In this document: in pieces, positions 45,101 to 51,100 of the stretch
How the letters are laid out: each line of letters begins with the position of its first letter
How positions within the stretch are numbered: position 1 is the stretch's first letter
DNA from: a virus
Direction: 5' to 3' (one strand)
Virus record (IMG/VR): IMGVR_UViG_3300047551_002099
Coordinates: 15,811 to 79,810 of that record
Length of the DNA stretch: 64,000 nt
Position numbers and translations under genes: made by a program
The notes under the pieces: generated by a model
Told to the model about the DNA's origin: nothing
Seen by the model: the letters and a program-made list of their open reading frames with translations, nothing else
Database searches by the model: none

Positions 45101-48100
45101 GTTGTCGGTAGCGCTGCATTAATGGGTTACGGAATCTACTCGCTAGCTGACCAAGGCTTCAAGGTTGGGGGTAAAGCCTGGGAGAAATTCGTCCTGAAGC
45201 GGAAGCGGACGGTAGAAGAACAGAAAGCCTATGAGCAACAAAGCCAAGTGTTATCAATGGGCTTTGGCGTTGGGACTTTTGTCTATGCTGGCTACAACCA
45301 AATTAAGAGTCTTCAGGGGGCTCGTCAAGCGGCTAGCGTAGTCAACCAAGCACCGGTCGTTCCGACTGTTCCCGTTCGCCAGGCAGTAGATGTAATAGAT
45401 GATGTCGCTCCGAGAGCCCCCGTCAGCCCGGCTAGAAGTGGGGCAGTGCTAAAGACCGCTGTACCGGCTGCGGTAGCCACCCCTAAACCGAATATGCTTG
45501 GAGCCACTGGCAAGAGCTTTGCGCGTAATCTAAACCCTCGAAGCTTAGTTAAGAACCCTCTAGCTTGGCTGACTGTCGCAGAAGCCGGTATAGGGGCGGT
45601 AGATGATATGTACGTTAAGAAGAAGTCTTGGCAAAAGACGTTAGTCAACCGGGGCGGACAGCTAGCCTTCGGTTTGTTAGCTTCTGCGGCAGTAGGGACA
45701 GCAATGGGGGCTCTGGTCGCCCTCGGTGTAATTACAATGCCGGCATGGTTAACTACCGCGTTAGTTATCGGTGGGTTAGCCGCAACAGCTTGGGCAGTCG
45801 CTCCTCAGGTGGCTAGTATCTACGGCAAGGTTAAAGAAGACTTCTCGAGTCAGCTAGAGGATAGTAAGACTATCGCTAGCAGAATGGACCTTAATTCTAG
45901 AGAGCAAGCTTCGGCTCGTATCTCTAGTAGCGTAGCGCTCCGGTCGGATGCGACGACCTCTATTAAAGTAAACGCCCGCGCTAGCAGAGATTTTGTTGGG
46001 TACGGCGATCGCCGAGGTGCTAATAAAGAGTTAGACTTACTTGGCTCGCCAGTAGCTGAATTTTCCCCTATTCCACACGTTCCGCTGCCCTCCTCACAGC
46101 AAGTTATTAATCAGGTTAATAAACCTAATAGAACTACACCTGCTGTAGTCCCAATTAAACCACGCAGCCAGCAAAATATAACTTTTATACATAAAGAGTC
46201 TATCTCTGACTCTGACGTACAAGGTTATCTTGTCGGCAAAACGGTAACTAGGGATTTCGATAATATTACTTATGACAACTCCGGATTTAATACTGCTTTG
46301 TACGAGGGCGCTCGCTACAGAAAAGGTTCTATTTCTGGTGCCGTTTATTTAGGTCCATTAGGAGTCAACAGTAGTAATGCTAAAGGAGAGGGTTTTGCTA
46401 GGTATTACGATAAAGATTCTAAGTATCAGTTTGAGGTTGATACTAAAACCAATAAGATATTTAAGATATTCCCTTCTGGCTCGAAGAAAACATTATCTTT
46501 ACCTACTGGGGTGGAGTTTATACAGACTACGGAACCTGGTGTTACTAATACAAGAAGAATTATAGAAGAGATAAATAATAGCAACCGGCGTGTTGTCGGC
46601 ATTATCGGACATGGATTTTTAACGACAGGCTATTCAACCTACCGGCAGAAGGATGGTTCTTATAAAGAGGCTCGTATTGGTAAAGAGGAAGCTTTACGTA
46701 TGAGTGGTGTTTACGTTGACGCTAAAGGTGTGACAAATATAGTTCACGGGTTAACAGAAGAGAAGCTGGCTCAGCTTAAAAGAGATAAAGTCAAGTCGGT
46801 AAGTTTATTCGGTATAAAGCCTGTAGAGAGCGGTAAACATAGGTATAACCGAGCGTTCCTGGTAACTAGTAAAAAAGGTGAAGTCCAATACGTTTACTTA
46901 CCGCAAGAAGTTAGACACGAAGATACCCGGAAATACATTAAAAAACAAGTTCCTAACTACAAGGATATTGTTCAGTTTGATGGTGATACCTTTGCTGGCT
47001 ATAGTTTAACTGATCCTAAGACAGGTAAGGCAGTACCAGAATCTAGGGGTAAAGTTCCTTATATGTGGGCTCAACCTATATTTCTTACAGTTCCAGATTC
47101 TTCTGTCCGTAAGAAAGATAGTTCTTCTAAGGACAACTCTTTAATAAGAGAAGCCGCTGCTAATAGAATAGGAGAGCTTAAGTCAGAGATGACGGAAGAA
47201 AAGCTAATACAAAAAGGTTACACAGGCACTAAATTAGAGGCGGTTAAAGTGCTTCAGGGGTTGGATTCAGACCTCGCCGCGGGTATTGCTTATCTTTACG
47301 GTGACGTGGCTAGAGTCAATAAAGCTGATTTACTTAACCCAGATATTCTAAATGAGGCTTTAGGTAAGCCGTTAGCCTCTATGTTTTCTAGGGGGGCACA
47401 AAAAGTCTGGACGAGTGGAAAAGAATGGCTTTCCGGTGTAGGTCAATCTCTAACTAACTCTTTAACAAGGGCACCTATTATCGGAGACCTATTCTTTACA
47501 CCCGCTGCTAAAGCTGGAGAAATCCCTTACGACTTAATGAGCCAGCGCCAACGTCAAGAGGCAGTTGACAAGGAAGTCAAGCGGCGTTCTGCTGGCAGTC
47601 AATATAACCTGAAAGCTATCCAAGGTAAAGAACAGAAAGTTGCTAAGCAGATAGAACGCCCGCGGGCTTGGTGGCGGTCGGAGGACGAAGAAGTACCGTG
47701 GTGGCAGAAACTCTTTAATTTAGCCGCCGGGGCTGTCAGTGTGACTATCAGTGGTATCGGTAGTCTTTTAAAAAGAACTTGGAACTTCCTTTACAAAACT
47801 GGGGCTTCTATCAGTCAAGGTCTTTCCCAAGCTTTGGGAGGGGTTGCCGGTGAGGTAATGGGCCCTGCTGGGATGATAATGCCAGTTATGAGTGCTTACC
47901 AACCTAACCTTACGCCTGAGTTTAGAGAAGCCATTAACAAGACAGCGGCAAATATCGGCATACCGGCTGAGTGGTTAATTGGTATTATGGCTTTTGAAAC
48001 TGATGGTACGTTTAATCCAGCTGAGCCCAACAAGATGGGTAGTGGCGCGACCGGACTAATTCAGTTTACGCCTGCAACGGCACGTAATATGTTCGGTAAA

Positions 48101-51100
48101 TCGACAGCGGAGATGGCTAAGATGAGCCAAATTGAGCAGTTAAAGTATGTAGAAAAGTACTTTAAAGCTCAAGTCGGTAAGAAAAAGTTAACCACGTTTA
48201 CAGACGCTTATATGGCAGTCTTATGGCCAGCTGCTATTGGTAAAGGCGATAACTACACTTTGTTTAAAAGGGGGACTGACGCTTATACGCAGAATGCCCC
48301 GCTAGATATAAATAAAGACGGTCGGGTAACGGCGGGTGAAGCGTCGGCTAAAGCTAAGGCGTGGCTACCTGGAGCCCAACGAACTTCTTACGCTATCGTA
48401 GGTGGAGCCTTTGGTTTAGGCCCAAACCGCGTAACTGAAACTTATATAACGGAAAAGCGCGGAGTTTCAGATCAATGGGGTGGCCCTCGTGGTGGGCGTA
48501 AACACGCTGGTCAAGATTTCAATGTGCAAAAGAATACTCCTTCACAAACATATTTAGGTGGGATTATCACTCGGGTTGCTTATCAAGCCGGTGCGGATTT
48601 GTACAATAATTACATTGATATTTACAACCCTCAATTAGGTGTTGTAGAGCGTATTGCCGAGTTCGGTAACCGACGCTTTACAGAAAAGGATATTGGTAAA
48701 TACATTCCTCCAGGAACGGTAGTCGGTATTGGTAGCACCAGTGGGCCTAGTGTCGTACACCGGGAAATCCGCACTGACCTCAACGCTCAAAAACAAGGCG
48801 GCTTTGGGTATAAGGGCACCGTTGACTACCTTAAATATTTAGAAGAGCGTGGGATTATACGAGTTGAGCAAATTAAAGGAAGCCCAGCTAAAAAAGTTAT
48901 TCCGCTAGCTAGCCCTATTGTTCTACAAAGCTCGTCAGGTCAAACTCAATCGCAGCAGGTTATTAACCAAGTTCAAGGGCCTTCTACTCAATCCGTGTCC
49001 TCTCCACAAGTTCGTAAGCAGTTAGTCTCTAGCTTGAAGACTAGCTCCTTTACGCCGTTGTTGAATTTAATGTTTAAGGGAGAAGGTGGCATCGAGTCGA
49101 TTAATGTAATTAGACGCAATGGAGACCGTACCAGCAACTACTCGTCTACTTTCCAACAACAGTTTGGTAAGAGTGCGGCTGACACAACGTTGGGTGAAAT
49201 TAGAGCGCGGCAGAGACAACGTGGTACGGTTACTAAAACTTTAAAAGATGGTCGGAAGGTTAGCTACGACGAAATCGGTGCGGTCGGCTTCCCACAACTT
49301 ATTGGGGCTACCCTTAACGATGCTATGTACGCGTTGGGCTTCTCGGAGACTCGGAAGTTTAACCAGCAAACTCAAGAGCAGTTGTTTAAGTACTTAGTAA
49401 TCATAAAGCGGGCTAACTTGGGCGCTTATCTATTAGGGCTGGAAGGGTCTTCCTTAAAAGAAGCTCGTCAGGACTTGGCTCGGGAAATAGCTTCGGTACC
49501 GTTGGTTTACCCTGAAGCTCCGTTGGCCCAGTTGCAATCCAGTCGGATTAGTAATATTAAAGACGAGTGGAAAGCTAATCAACAACGGCAAGCAGGTCAA
49601 AGTCTATACCATGGTATTTCTGGAAACGTGGCAAGGGTCTCCGGCGCTGAGGCAGATAAAGCTATTGAGCAGACCCGTCAGCTAATCGCTAAGGACCCAG
49701 CCCTCAAAGCGTTCTTACAGAAGCAGTATCAAGAACAACAACGGTTACTCGCTCAGCAGTCTGCTTATCAGCAACAGCAGTCTCAACGTAACGTTAGCTA
49801 CGTTCCAGGCGTTGGGGCGGGTAGGTCTAAAATCGTTACTAACCCGGCTAGTGGTGTTGTGACTTTTAGAAATGACCCTGACAGCCGTGAGTTTGTAACG
49901 GGTAGTGATATCCAAATTGGAGGTATCCGTAACGGCGTGCCAATTTGGAACCCCATCCAAGGATTGACCCAGGTTAAGCCTAATAGCTTCCAAGGTAGAG
50001 GCAGAGGTAGAGGTGGAGACGGTTGGGGCAACGTAACCCGGTACAGGATTGACTTAGGTAACAACCGGGTCGTAGAAATGTTAGTTGGGCACGGAGACAG
50101 GCCCTTTGAAAATTACATGGGTCAAGGTGGTCTTGTACCATTCGCCTTACTTGGTTACCAAGGGAATACAGGGCACGCAACAGGACCCCACGCTACTACT
50201 TCTTATAAACCGGTTAAAGGAACTAACGCGACTGCGGCTGACGCAAGATTAGTTGAACGCATGGTTCAGAATGCGTGGACCAGTAAAGGATCTTGGGTAC
50301 GTGTCAACGGAGAGTGGCGTTTGGTTAAGCTGAACCAGGCTCAGCAGATGGGATTACTTAATGGTACTCAACCTTCGGTTCAACCAAGTCAAACGGTTAA
50401 ACCCCAACCAGTTAGTCAGCCTGCTCGTAGCCAACAGCAACTCAAGCAGTCTTACCAACCTGCTGGCGACTTTAAACAAGTTAAAGCCACCTACTACGAT
50501 CCTGGTTTTCACGGCAAACGGACAGCCTTCGGAACTATCTACAACCAAAACGAGATGACTGTCGCCGTACCCCGCGACCGCCACAATCGCCCTATCATTC
50601 CGTTTGGTACTATTTTAGAGGTCGTTAACCCAGCTAACGGTAGACGAGTTTACGTCAAAGTTACTGATACCGGCTCGTTTGGTAGTATGGGCCGTGGTCT
50701 TGACTTGAGTTTAGCAGCAGCCCAAGCTTTAGGAACTATTCAAGCAGGAGTTGCTAATGTCCGTTATCGTGTTGTCAAGTCAGCTCCTTCTACAAAACCC
50801 CAACAGAAACAACAGAAGGGTCCAGTCTTAAATTTACCCACGATTAAACCTGCTGATTATATACCGTTAGTTCCTACAGCGCCTCCGCCGCCGTCGCCCT
50901 CACAACCGAAGAAAAAGAAATTTAACTTGCTTGATCCAAGTACTTGGTTACGAAGTGAAACTCCAACTGACCAAGCTATTTCTGCTTCAGTAATGCCTTC
51001 TAAAATGCCTTCTAATGTTCGTCAACTAAGGTCGGCTATTCCAACAGCGCCGGTAATGCTTGCACAAAATAAATCAACCTTTATTGATGACATTATTCAA

